Assembly (NCBI RefSeq): GCF_006345805.1
Contig: NC_043020.1
Span: 4,898,001 to 4,962,000, forward strand
DNA length: 64,000 nucleotides
DNA from: Octopus sinensis
Lineage: Eukaryota
Reading direction: 5' to 3'
The translations under genes were made by a program, and so were the position numbers. Shown in pieces: positions 1 to 13,519 of the stretch. Within the stretch, counting starts at the first letter, position 1, and each line of letters begins with the position of its first letter. The notes beneath the pieces are model-generated. The model saw only the letters and a program-made list of their open reading frames with translations, was not told the DNA's origin and ran no database searches.

Positions 1-159
1 TATATACGTCATCTTTTCAAATTGGTTATTTTAGTTTCTTCTTGGCTTTCTGTATTAAACAGTTGACAAAAGCTGCAATAGTTGTCACCAGAATTTCATA
101 GAATTCTAAGGAATGCAACGCAAAAAAAAAAACATTGCGACACAGATACGAGCAAACAA

Positions 160-190
160 GCAAACAACAACAATAACAACAACAACAAGA

Positions 191-260
<70 letters not shown>

Positions 261-668
261 TAATAATAATAATGATGATGATGATGATGTAGGCGATAAT
301 AATATCACTCGTAATAACTGTGATAACAATAATAAGGCTAACAATATTAGTACAAATGATAACAATAGGAACACGACTAATACTAACAAGTGGAAAAATA
401 ATAACGGTAACAATAATGATAACAAGAAAAGTACTTATAAAATTATATAAATATAACTACTACTAATAATAATGATAGCACTAAAAATAATAATGTATAG
501 TGCAAAATATACGATTAATAATACTATTGGTCATAATGATGCTAACAATAGTAAGAATAATAATAATAATAATAATAATAATAGTGATAATTGTGCTACT
601 AATATCAATAATTGTAGGAAGAAGGGGAACAATAGCAACAGCAATAATAACAATACCAAAAACAGTAT

Positions 669-700
<32 letters not shown>

Positions 701-721
701 ATAACAATAATATAATATATA

Positions 722-754
<33 letters not shown>

Positions 755-812
755 ACAACAATAATAATATATAATAATAATAATAATATAATAATGATGG
801 TGATGTTTGATG

Positions 813-843
<31 letters not shown>

Positions 844-982
844 AATAATAACAATAATAATAATAATAAAACAAATAGTAATAATGACTATAAGAATAAT
901 AATAGGGACAATAATAATGACAACAGCAAGAAGTAAACAATAACCACAATAATATTAGTAACCATAATGAGAATGTTTTCTT

Positions 983-1032
<50 letters not shown>

Positions 1033-1045
1033 ATACTAATACTAC

Positions 1046-1085
<40 letters not shown>

Positions 1086-1090
1086 TATAA
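160..1090. repeat. Compound (AAT)n/(AAC)n/(ACT)n microsatellite tract
   Basis: Directly visible triplet runs; the poly-Asn/Leu/Ile ORFs here are artefacts. Confidence 0.95.
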
Positions 1091-1385
1091 CAACAAAACG
1101 ATGACAAATATAGAAGAAAATGGAAAAATTAGCAAAATAAGCTTATACAAACAGCGCCAATAACAGTAATTATAGTAGCAATAACATTAGCAACAACAAT
1201 AGCACTAGCGATATAAACAGCAATAAAAAGAAAATGGTAAACAAGCATATATATAATCATAAACGAACTGCGACGATGGTAGGAACAACAACGGGGACAA
1301 AAATAGCAACAATAAATGCAACAACATTACCAACAACAAAAGTATAACAGACGACAACACCAACAGCGACAATGACAAAACTACC

Positions 1386-1417
<32 letters not shown>

Positions 1418-2379
1418 CAACGACGACGACAACAACAACAACAACGATAATAAAACATTGTTAAAAATTCAAGAATGCAAGAAGTTACAATGACAACAAG
1501 GAAACGAAAAGTGAAGAGATCAAGAAATACAAAAGGAAAAAAAAATCAATTGACGAAAAATTATGAAAAGAAATCAATATTAGAAAACTAGAATAGGAAC
1601 AAAAGATGACGAAAGAATGTGGTGTAAGGAGTAAATTGTATGTTTTGTGGTTGGTTGAAAGATCGGATTAAGTGTGAAACTCTGATTAGCAACGAAACAA
1701 GGGAATGAATCACCTACAGTGAACAAAGGCGCGCTCACAAACAAACATAACACACACACACAATACACATATGTATGTATTTGTATACGTCTATATACAT
1801 ATATATACATACGTACATACATACATAACATACATATATATATATATATGTATATGCATGTATATATATATATATATATATATCTATATATATATATATG
1901 TATCTATATACATATATATATATATGTATATATATATGTGTACATATATATATGTATGTATATATACATAAATACATATATATATATATATATATGTATC
2001 TATATACATATATATATGTATATATATGTGTACATATATATATGTATGTATATATATATATATACATGCATACATACGCACATACATACATACACGCACA
2101 CATACATACAAACACACACACATAGTACTTGTTCAATGAAAAAGACGCAACACATTGGAATTATGGCTTGGTTCTTCACAGAACCTTGAGCTTCATGTTC
2201 AAATCTATAAATTCGACTTCGATTCGAATTAACCCCCAAAACGAAGGAATGAAGAAGGTATGTAGAAAGTGCCCTACAGCTGTTTTGAGAACAGATCCAC
2301 AGATGGTGCATAGATCGCAGATATATAGATGACTATATACACACACACACACACAGGTGTGGTTATATGATAAGAAGCT

Positions 2380-2930
2380 AGGCGGTGGTGTGGCTGTGTG
2401 GTAAGAAGCTTGCTTACTAACCAAACTGTTCGGGGATCAGTCCCACTGCATGGCACTTTGTGCCTCAAGTCGACCAAAGCCTTGTGAGTGGATTTGGTAG
2501 ACAGAAACTGAGAGAAGCCTGTCGTATATATATAAGTACCGTCTTCAAGAATTTCAGTCGAACGAATTGACTCCAGTACGTTTTGAAGCGTGGGGCTTAT
2601 TCTATCGTGATCTTTTACCGAACCTCTAAGTTTCGGGGTCATAAACACACTAACGCCGGTTGTCAAACAGTAGTGTGTGACAAACACAGACACACACATA
2701 CATACACACGCACGCACACAGACGCATATATATATATACACACACACACACACACTATATATATATATATATACGACCGGCTTCATTCAGTTTCCGTCTA
2801 CAAGATCCACTCACAAATCTTCGGTTGGCCCGAGGCTTTAGAAGTAAACACTTGCCCAAGGTATCACGCAGTGAAACTGAACCCGGAACCATGTGGTTGG
2901 AACGCAAACTTCTTACCACACAGCCACACC
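2380..2930. mobile_element. Two SINE family A pieces: + head, then - copy
   Basis: Head ggtgtggctgtgtggtaagaagcttgct...gaaactgagagaagcc at 2385-2525, then the reverse-complement head and body to ~2930; same family as 10402-10810. Confidence 0.85.
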
Positions 2931-2942
2931 TTGTCATACCCA

Positions 2943-3171
2943 CTTCTTTACTACCCACAAGGGGCCAAACATAGAGAGGACAAACAAGGACAGGCAAACG
3001 GATCAAGCCGATTACATCGACCCCAGTGCGTAACTGGTACTTAATTTATTGACCCCGAAAGGATGAAAGGCAAAGTCTACCTCGGCGGAATTTGAACTCA
3101 GGACGTAACAGCAGACGAAATACGGCTACGCAATTCGCCCGGCGTGCTGACGATTCTGCCAGCTCGCCGCC
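2943..3171 (-). mobile_element. tRNA-derived SINE family B (ggcggcgagctggcagaatcg... head)
   Basis: Reverse complement has an A/B-box-like head (gagttcaaattcc) and the tail ttgtgggtagtaaagaa shared with other copies. Confidence 0.85.
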
Positions 3172-4338
3172 TTAAAATTTTGTCATACCGTTTAAGCAAC
3201 ACCACCAGCATCAATCAGCATCCCCACCTCCTCCACCACAATCTTTATCACTAATACAACCACCATCCTCATCTACACTACTACCACCACCACCACCATC
3301 AGACTTTAAAAAGTGGGAGATAATTTCAAGAAGTTAATTTATTTCTGAAAGTAAATTTCCGTTGTTTTGGGGAAGAAAACTATGATATTTGTTTGGCATC
3401 CGGGTGACAACTATAGACACGTTTCAGCCAATTAGTCGTCATCAGCTAAACCAGTCGTACCAATTCAACTTATACTGTACTTCTTTTCATTTTGAAGACA
3501 ACATGATGTGATTTTGATAAAAATCTTTGACTGTTTTCTAGCTTATGTCTCATAATGTTTATTGAAATAATTTTCTAAATTTGATGAAGGGCGCTGCTTA
3601 AATCCTCACATCTTTCTTCTTCCTCCTAGCAGAGAAATAGCCTTGATGTTGCTTAATTCGGGGAATTATACGAGAACTGCTGTTTTAACACGAACGGTCG
3701 CCTGACCGAAAACAATAGTGATATCTCTCTCGGCTCAAACCCTTCAATCTTTAAAGAAAACGGAAGGACATATGAGATAATGCATGATGTAATTATACGT
3801 ATGCACGTTCACGGTATCGAACTGTGGCTAAGTAGCAACAACAACAACAATATCTAAATATCGATTCTATTGATCTTAAAGCTATCGGTGCTCCCTTTCG
3901 ATAGAAAATTAATAGAAAATTCTAAAAAAATATATAAATATAAACAGATTTGTATCTAGCGAAAAACAACGACAAAAATTTTTTTTTAATGAAATTAAAA
4001 ATAAAATATAAAGAAAGAAAGAAAACCATAACTTTGTTAATTTAAAATTGAATGAAAGAAACTGAAGGTAAACAATGCAATATAGGGGATAGAAAAACTT
4101 GCCTAAGGGTACCGAATGTAAACAGAGAAATGATACGTGTTTGAAAAACTTGCCAGGAAACGAACGCAAATAGAATTAATGGGTAAATTTCACAATGAAC
4201 GAAACTGTGAAAATGGCCGCCAAAATCAGTTTGACGTGCCTTGAGGATTTTTCATGAGGAAATTATAAACGTTTCGCTAATTTCCTCTGTTGCTTTGAGT
4301 GCCACTGTTATTACTGACGCTGAAGTTGTTGCTTTTTT

Positions 4339-4382
<44 letters not shown>

Positions 4383-4540
4383 GCAGCTGTTGTTGTTCTT
4401 GTAGCGATTGCTGTTGTTATTTCAATTGTTTTTTGTCATTGGTGTTGATGTTGGCTTCTTTCTGTTGTAAAATAGTTATGGCTTTTATTATCAATGTTGT
4501 TGTTGTTAATGCTACTGTTGTTTTCATTTTAATAGGTTCA

Positions 4541-5245
4541 GGCGTGGCTGTGTGGTGAGGAATTTACTTGTCATCCACGTCGTTGGGTTCAGTCCCACTG
4601 CATGAAACCTTGGGCAAGAGTCTTTTACCATAGCCTCGAGCTGACCAAAGCCTTGTGAGTGGATTTGGTTGAAGGAAACTGAAAGAAGCTCGTCGTATAT
4701 ATATTAATGTATGTATGTATATAGTGAAGGCGCATGGCTCAGTGGTTAGAGCGTCGAGCTTACGATCGTGAGGTTGTGAGCTCGAATCCCGGACCGGGCT
4801 GCGTGTTGTGATCTTGAGCAAGACACTTTATTTCACGTTGCTCCAGTTCGCTCAGTTGTAGAAATGAGTTGCGAAGTCACGGGTGCCAAGCTGTATCGGC
4901 CCTTTTGCCTTTCCCTTGGATAACACTGGTGGCGTGGAGAGGGGAGGCCGGTATGCATGGGCGACTGCTGGTCTTCCATAAACTACCTTGCCCAGTCTTG
5001 TGACTAGGAGGGTAACTTTCTAGGTGCAAGCCCATGGTCAGTGTCGTGACCGAAGGGGGTCCCAGGATGTGTGTATGTGGGAACAGGCATGACTGTGTAA
5101 TAAGAAGCTTGCTTCTTAACCATATGGTTCTGAGTTCAGTCCCACTGCATGAAACCTTGAGCAAGAGTCTTTTACCATAGCCTCGAGCTGACCAAAGCCT
5201 TGTGAGTGGATTTGGTTGACGGAAACTGAAAGAAGCTCGTCGTAT
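4541..5245 (+). mobile_element. SINE A head, SINE family C (4723-5062), second SINE A head
   Basis: Family C has a tRNA-like head (ggctcagtggttagagc...ctcgaatccc) and the central ttgagcaagacact domain; the flanking A heads share private variants. Confidence 0.85.
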
Positions 5246-5414
5246 ATATATGTATGTATGCATGTATGTAGATACAGACATGGCTGTGTGATACGGAGCT
5301 TGCTTCCTAACCACATAGTTCTGGGTGCCTCTCATTCACAACTCTTCCGATTTATAAGCGAATGTTCAGAGTAGGCTCATTTACAAGGGCTGTAGGCCCA
5401 ATAATAATAATAAA

Positions 5415-5463
<49 letters not shown>

Positions 5464-5799
5464 GTTCCTTCTTATTATAGCACAAGGCAAGTGGTTTTGA
5501 GGTGGGTGGGCAAGTGGATGCCATCTATCCCAGTACTAAGTATTAAAGGATAAAGTCGACTTTGGCAGGATTGGAACTCAGAACATAAAGAGCCTGAAGA
5601 AAAGCGGTTAAGCATTTTGTTCGACGCGCTGCCGATTCCGGCAGTTCACTACCTTATTCCGGCAAATGTTAATGCTAATTACAAACCTAACTTTACAGCC
5701 GCATGTCACCGGGAGGGGGGGGGGTCAACAAGTCATCAATTAACTTGGGTCAAGGACTTTCGTAAACATTGCGCTAGGGAAATTTCATGGACCTTAAAA

Positions 5800-7170
5800 T
5801 AGTTGTTGTTGTTGTTGTTGTTTGTTAATGCTGTTTCTGTTGTTGTTGGTGTTGGTGCTTTGGCTGTTGTTGTTGTTGTTGTTGATGAGAGACCTTCAGT
5901 TGATGCTGTTGTTTTGGTGTTGTCTTTGTTGCTATTGTTGTTGATGATGATGATGATGATAATGATGATGATGAAGATGATGATGATATGATGATGATGA
6001 TGATGATGATAATGATGACGACTATGACGACGGTGGCGAAGACGACGATAACGATGATGATGACGACACCGACGACGATGACAGCGACAAAGATGATGAT
6101 GATGATGATGATGATGATGATAAAGACGATGACGACAGCGGCGGCGACGATGACGTTGACGGCGACGATGACGTTGACGGCGACGATGACGTTGACGGCG
6201 ACTTCGACGATAACAATGATAATGATGATGATGATGATGATAATGATGATGATGACAACGATGAGAGCGATGACGACGACTACGACGATGATGATGATGA
6301 CAGCGACAACAATGCTGCTGGTGATTGCGACGACGACGATGAAAATTATAATCTTGACGCTGCTCTGGTTGTCCTGATTAATATTTATTGCTTTGATTTG
6401 AAGATTTGTTATTACTATTTCATAGTTGTTCATATTATAGTTACGGTTGTTGTTGTTGTTGTTGTTGTTGCTGTTGTTGTTGTTGTTGTTCTTCTTCTTC
6501 TTCGTTTTGTTGTTGTTCTTCGTCTTCTTTGTCTTCTTCTTAGTCCTGTTGTTGTTCTTCTTCTCCTTCTCCTTCTTTTTCATCATCATCATCATCTTCT
6601 ACTTTTCTCCTTCTTCTTCCTCTTCTCCTTCTTCTTCTCTGCCTCCTCCTCCACCCCCTTCTTCTTCTTTTATTCTCTTCTTCTTCTTCTCCTTCTTCTT
6701 CTCTGCCTCCTCCTCCTCCCCCTTCTTCTTCTTTTATTCTCTTCTTCTTCTTCTCCTTCTTCTTCCTCTTCTCCTTCTTCTTCTCTGCCTCCTCCTCCTC
6801 CCCTTCTTCTTCTTTTATTCTTCTTCTTCTTCTTCTTCTTCTTTTTCTTCTTCTTCTTCGGACGTTCTCCTACTCATTGTTGTTGTTGTTATTGCTCTTG
6901 TTGGTGTTGCTGTTGCAGTTGCCTTGATTGTTGCTATTATTGTAGTTGTTGTTATTTATGCTGTTGTTGTTGATATTGTTATTCAAGTCGTCAGTATTCT
7001 CTGCGTCGATGCCATCGCAATTATCGTCTTCATCGCCATTATCGTCCTTATTTTCGTTATTATAGTTATTGCACTTGTTGTTGTTACTAAAGTTGTTACT
7101 TACCGTTATTGTTGATTTTATTCTCGTCGTCGCCATCGTCCTCATCGTTGTTGTTGTTGTTGCTATCATC
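5800..7170. repeat. Compound triplet microsatellite (GTT, GAT, GAC, CTT, CCT) with internal higher-order duplications
   Basis: Visible runs; 18-bp unit gacggcgacgatgacgtt repeated near 6140-6200 and a ~60-70-bp CT-rich unit repeated near 6630-6830. Confidence 0.9.
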
Positions 7171-7506
7171 GCTAATTAGTTTAACTGAGAAAACATTCTT
7201 TAATTGAAACGCCATTTTGATTGCATGATTTATCGCCGGCAGCCATTTTGCTTCAATTATGTATCCTTTTGTTTCGCGTTATTTCGCTTTTCTTTTATAT
7301 TCCTTATAAATTACATTTCATTGCGATTATCAGAATATTTTCCCGTTGTTCCGCCCCCCACTAACAAAACTCCTTTAAGCCATTGACGGATTATGGATTA
7401 TCGGCTTAGCGTTTAACGGAATCCGTTTCAAGATCTAAACACAGCTGGTTCGAATTTCAACAATACCCCATTTTACTATTTACCTTTCTATCTATCAATC
7501 TCTTTA

Positions 7507-7545
<39 letters not shown>

Positions 7546-8079
7546 ATCCATGTATATATTTATTTATCTATCTATATATGTATATAGATAGGTATGTATG
7601 TATGCATGTATGTTTGTACATACGAACGTACGTAAGTATATACATGTAGGTGGGTAGGTAGGTACGTACTTATGTAATTACATATGTATGTATGTTTGTA
7701 TCTATTTATATATCTATACATTTACCTGCCTATTTGTAAATTTATCTATCTATCGTCTATATTTGCTCTACCTGCTTCTTATGTTTGTATGCATGTATCT
7801 ATCTAACTATCTATCTATTTATCTATCTATCTATCTACCTGTCTAGCTCTCCCTATATATATATATATGTATGTATGTATATGTATATCTGCTTGACTTC
7901 CTACATATTTTCACAGCTAATATTGTGGTTATTGATTAGAAGAAATATGCACACCTGAGGGATTTGAACTCAGATCCTAAATAGATGATGGCATTTACCC
8001 TATCTCCGTGATAACAGTAATTGTTTTTAACATGGGCCCAAGATCTGGAATTCGGCTGGAGAGAGAAAGAACCGCAAAG

Positions 8080-8762
8080 TCGACGAGCTGGCAGAATCGT
8101 TAGCATACCGGGCAAAATGCTGAGCGTCACTTCGTCCGTCGTTACGTTCTGAGTTCAAGTTCTGTCGAGGTCAACTTTGGCATTCTTCATTTCGCGCTCA
8201 ATAAAATGAATGCTAGTTAAGTACTGGGGTCGATGTAGTTGACTTACCCCGTCCCATGAAATTGCTGACATTGTGCTCGAATTTGAGGCCATTATCATTA
8301 TTGTTGAGTCAGCGAACTGGCAGAATCCTTTGCACATCGGATGAAACACTTAGCAGCATTTTTTCTGTCTCTACGTTCTGAGTTCAAATTCCACCGAGGT
8401 CGACTTTGCCATTAATCCTTTCTGGATAGATAAAATAAGTACCAGTAGAGCACTGGGGCGTGTTGATGATAATAATAAATGCTGTGAAGCAGTAGCAGGC
8501 TCTGGCTCATCTTTACTGACTGAAAGTGTTATCATGTACATTGTTAGAATCGTTAGCACGCAGGCGAAATGCGTAGCCGTATTCCGTCTGTCGTTAAGTT
8601 GTGAGTTCAAATTCCGCCGAGGTTGACGTTGACTTTCATCCTTTCGGGATCGATAAATTAACTACCAGTTACGCACTGGGGTCGATGTAATCGACTTAAT
8701 ACCTATGTCTGTCCTTGTTTGTCCCCTCTATGTTTACCCCCTTGTGGGTAATAAAGAAATAG
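8080..8762 (+). mobile_element. Three tandem SINE B copies
   Basis: Repeated (gagctg)gcagaatc...gagttcaa...gaggtcgactttg blocks at ~8085, ~8315 and ~8546. Confidence 0.8.
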
Positions 8763-9033
8763 GTATAAAAGATGGGCTACAGCAAATAATCTGCTCAATA
8801 CCACGGATTTGCTTCTCAGTCTCAAATGTAACAGGCCGAAACTGTAACGATGATTGGAAGCTTGACTGATGAATAGAACGCCATGAATATTCCGCCCTGC
8901 TTTCCCTATCCGTCTTTGTATCGTCCATCTGTCGGTATGTTTTTATTGTCTGTTTCTTTTGTATTTATATATACATATAGCGGCGTACGTACACATTTTG
9001 CTCACCTTGTAAGTATATGTGTGTGTATGTATG

Positions 9034-9072
<39 letters not shown>

Positions 9073-9974
9073 ATAAATATTCATACATATATACATGCAT
9101 ACACACACACTCACACACACATACTCCCCCCACACATATGTTTCCGTAGAAACATATACTTGTTTACTAAGAAGGCATTGGTCGATCAAGGGCTACACTA
9201 AAATGCATTTGCTGAATGTGCTACGGAGTGGGACTGAACCCGAAACCATGTTGTTGGAATGCGAGCTCCTTAACAATACGGCCAATCCTGCGCCTAAATA
9301 TACATAAGTGTGGGTGTGTAGCGAAGAAGTTTGGGTAAGTATCTGCCATTGTGGACCCTGGTTGGCCGAAGCGATGTAAGTGGAATTGGTAGGCGGAAAC
9401 AGAAAAGAACCCGGAACATGTGAATTCGGTTCTGAGACACAGCGTGAAAAAATACATCAATACACCAAATCTGAACAATTTCAGAAAGTGCAGCCAACCT
9501 CTGCGCGTGTGTGTATGTGTGTGTGTATATATGCGTGTATGTATATGTGCGTGTGTATATATGCATGTGTGTATATGTGCTTGTGTGTGTGTATGCGTAC
9601 GTGTGTATGTGTGTGCGCATATGTGTATGTATGTATGCGTGTGTGTGTGTGTGTGTGTGTGTGTTGTGTGTTGTGTGTGTATGTGATTGTTTCCTTGTCT
9701 CTGTATTTGTCCCCCATCACCGTCTGACAACTAAGCAGTTCGGCAAAAGACACCGATTAAGTACCAGGCTTAGAAAGAAAAAAAATGTACCACGGACGAT
9801 TCATTCGACTCAGAATTTTTTTATGGCCGTGCCCCAGCATGGCCGCAGTCTAAAAGCTACAAGTAAAAAATAAATCATTTATATATAAACATGCGTATGT
9901 GCGCGCGTGCATGGCCGTTTCCCCCTATGGCCACCACCCACGAGCCAATCAAATATACGAGTAAACACTCACTT

Positions 9975-10077
9975 CTCTCTCTCTTCTTATCTCTCTCTCC
10001 CTACCTCTCTCTCTTACTCTCCCTGCTACTGTCTCGCTGTCTCTCTCTCTCTCTCTCTCTGCCACTATCTCTATTTG

Positions 10078-10108
<31 letters not shown>

Positions 10109-10400
10109 CCTGTTACTATTTCTCTATTTCTTTCTTTGTCTCTCTGTTCCCTATCTCCCTGTCTCTCCCTGTTGCTCTCTTTCTATATCTATTTTTCTCT
10201 CTCTTTTTCTTTCCTTATATCTTTCTCCTCTCTCTCTTTCTCTCACCATTTACCTCTCTCCTCTCTCCCGCTATCCCTGTTACTCTTTCTCTATCTTTCT
10301 TTCTGTCTTTCTCTCTTTCTACCTGTTGCTATCACTATTTCTCTCTCTGTCACTATCTTTCTCTATTTCTTTCTCTCTATCTCCCTGTTACTTTCTGTCT
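9975..10400. repeat. (CT)n-rich pyrimidine tract
   Basis: Visible. Confidence 0.9.
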
Positions 10401-10401
10401 A

Positions 10402-10810
10402 TACTATTTTACTCTTTTACTTGTTTCAGTCATTTGACTGCGGCCATGCTGGAGCACCGCCTTTAATCGAGCAACTCGACCCCGAGACTTATTCTTTTGT
10501 AAGCCCAGTACTTATTCTATCGGTCTCTTTTGCTGAACCGCTAAGTAACGGGGACATAAACACACCAGCATCGGTTGTCAAGCAATGCTAGGGGAACAAA
10601 CACAGACGCACAAACACACACACACGCATATATATATACATATATACGACGGGCTTCTTTCAGTTTCCGTCTACGAAATCCACTCACAAGGCTTTGGTCG
10701 GCCCGAGGCTATAGTAGAAGACACTTGCCCAAGGTGCCACGCAGTGGGACTGAACCCGGAACCATGTGGTTGGTAAACAAGCTACTTACCACACAGCCAC
10801 TCCTGCGCCT
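10402..10810 (-). mobile_element. Full-length SINE family A (head ggcgcaggagtggctgtgtgg, internal TA/TG microsatellite, tail gactgaaacaagtaaaagagta)
   Basis: Near-identical to copies at 14887, 19842, 41517, 54278 and 61127. Confidence 0.92.
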
Positions 10811-11589
10811 CTCTTTTTCGCTCATTTTTTCTTTCTCTTTATCTTTCTCCTTCTCTCTCACTTTCTCTCACTCTTTACCTCTATCTCTCTCGTTACCTCT
10901 CCCCTCCTGTCTCCCTCTCTCGCTCTTTACCAATCAGAAAACAGTAATATTCACCGTGCACCAATTGCGGCCCGCAACTATAACATTATATGATTTCTGG
11001 TTTATTCACTGGCCACTTTCAGTTCCACCCTTAATCACTCAAGACCACCACCCCCATCTCCACCCCCACTCCGATCCCCCATGACTACCACCACCACCAC
11101 CACCACCACCACCACGGTTATTTTGGGTCCCAGCCACATTCCCCTCCCTGACCCACTATTGCGTGTGCTGCTCGTCCCCAACACTCAACCCGCCCCGTGC
11201 CGCCCCGCGCCGCCTCGCCTCGCCTCGCTTCACCTCGCCTTCCTCGCTTTCCTTCCTCGTCTCACCCGGTTGGGCAGTCACTGACTGTGTAACCCGCCTC
11301 ATCTGCCTTCAATAATGAAATGTTGAAATCGCAGAGGGCGGGTGACAATGGGGTGGTTGGCGGCAAGAAGAGTCACCCATCCATTCGTCGCCGCCCCCTT
11401 ACGAACTCATTACGGTGCACACACACACACACACAAACACACATACACACACAGATATGCAAACCCCCATCCCGTCGTATGAATGAATTAAAATGTGTTT
11501 TGTAATAAAAAAGTCATAAAACCATTTTATTCCCGAGCTTTATTTGTTGTCAGAAAAAGGCGAATGGCTTGTCTTGCCTGGCACAGTGG

Positions 11590-12330
11590 TGCTGGAGGTG
11601 GGGTGGGTGTGGTACTGGTAGTGGTGGTAGTATTTGTAGTGGTGGCGGTGGTGGTGGTGGTATTTGTAGTGGTGGTGGTTGTGGTGGCGGTAGAGGTGAT
11701 GGTGGAGCTTGTGGTGGTGATGGTGATAGTGGTGGTGGTGGTGGAGGTGGTGGTGGTAGAAGTGAGGTGGAGCATGTGGTGGTGGTGGTAGTGGTGGTAG
11801 AGATGGTGGTGGTATTTGTAATGGTGGTGGTTGTGGTGGCGGAAGAGGTGATGGTGGAAATTGTGGTTGTGGTGGTGGTAGTGGTGGTGACAGTTGTAGT
11901 AGTTGTGCAGACAGCAATGGTGGTGTTCCTGGTGGTGGTAATACTGGTATTGTGGCTGTGCTAGTGGTAGAGGTGGTCATGGTCGCGGTAGTGGTGGTGG
12001 TGGTGGCGGTAGTGGTGGTGGTGGTGATGTTGGTGGTGGTAGTGGTGGGGGTGATGCTGGTGTTTTTGTTGTTGTTGGTGGTGGTGGTGGTGATGGTGTT
12101 TTTGGTGATGGCTATGGCGGTTGGTAGTGGTGACGGTGGTGTTGGTGGCGGATTGGCGAGAGGAGAGTGGATCGTGGTGATGGTAATTTGAGAGTCAGCC
12201 AGGTGAAACCGCTCGGTTCCTAATCTGATTGGCTGCTCACTAATGGTGTTGTAAGCTGCCTGCTGGCTTCTCTTCAGTCATCATCATCATCATCATCATC
12301 GTCATCTTCATCATCATCTTCATCACCATT

Positions 12331-12390
<60 letters not shown>

Positions 12391-12501
12391 GTTTTCATCA
12401 GCGTTTTCATCATCATCATTCTCTTCACGGTCGCCATCGTCGTCAGCATCGGCGTCGGCGTCGTTGTTGTCATCAATATCGTGAGCGTCATCAGCTTCGC
12501 C

Positions 12502-12554
<53 letters not shown>

Positions 12555-12574
12555 TATCATCGTCGTCGTCGTCG

Positions 12575-12620
<46 letters not shown>

Positions 12621-12680
12621 TGTCATCCGCTTCATGTTAGTCACCCTTGTGCTCGAAGTAGCATAAGCAGCAGCAGTAGT
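11590..12680. repeat. (GGT)n then (CAT)n microsatellite tracts
   Basis: Visible. Confidence 0.9.
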
Positions 12681-13166
12681 AGCGGCAGCAGCAGTAGTGC
12701 TGTTTGCTGGAAGGGACAAATTCTGAAACCAAAAAAAAAAAAATAACTACAAAATGCCTTTTTTAAAAAAAAATGAAAAAAACCGACACAAAATCAATAA
12801 GTAATAAAAAAATATATAAATAACAATCTTGGGTGTGTCGGGAAGGGTGGGCGTAAGTGGAGGGGTGCTATGCGCCTGTTGGGGATGGATTGAATGTGTA
12901 GGATGGGAGGTGGAGGAAGAAAGAGACGGGGGGCGCGACTGACAGACAATGAAGCGTCCAATTGGGCCCAGGAGGAATGTAGTCACGTGACAATGAGAGG
13001 TTTCTTGACTGCGTTGGGGGGGATGTTGGTTAGGGTGGGCTCGGATGGATTGGGGGGGGGGAGAAAGTCATGTATGACAATAAAAGCTATTATTTGACCA
13101 AAGGGCGGTTGAAGAAGATTCGTGAGAATAAAAAAAAAAGCCGATAGGGGGATGAATAATTTTAGC

Positions 13167-13379
13167 CACGTGATGACAGGAACCAATTGGCGAAGAGAAA
13201 TTGAGAGAACACGTGATAATAAAAGTCATTTTGTGAAGAGCATGGTAGAGCCACGTGACAACACAAACCAATTGGCGATGAGTAGTTTCGATACGTCATC
13301 GTAGAAGTCAATTTATGGAGGAGCTGTATCGTCACGTGACAGTAGAAGCCAATTCGTGGAGAGCAATTGAGTCACGTGA
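13167..13379. promoter_or_regulatory. Periodic cluster of E-box (CACGTGA) + CCAATT composite sites
   Basis: CACGTGA at 13167, 13210, 13252, 13333 and 13373 (TACGTCA at 13292). CCAATT follows exactly 9 bp later at 13183, 13268 and 13349 (TCAATT at 13308). An extra CCAATTGG is at 12958 and GTCACGTGAC at 12982. Function is inferred. Confidence 0.55.
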
Positions 13380-13519
13380 TGAGGAAAAAAGCCGCTGGTT
13401 TAGAAATAAATATTAACCCGAGAAACGACGTACCGTGATTGGTTTATTGTTATTTCGTTAATTACTCGTTAATTAGTCTGAAAGAAGAGCCATTTGTTGA
13501 TTGGATTGGGTTTAGCACA

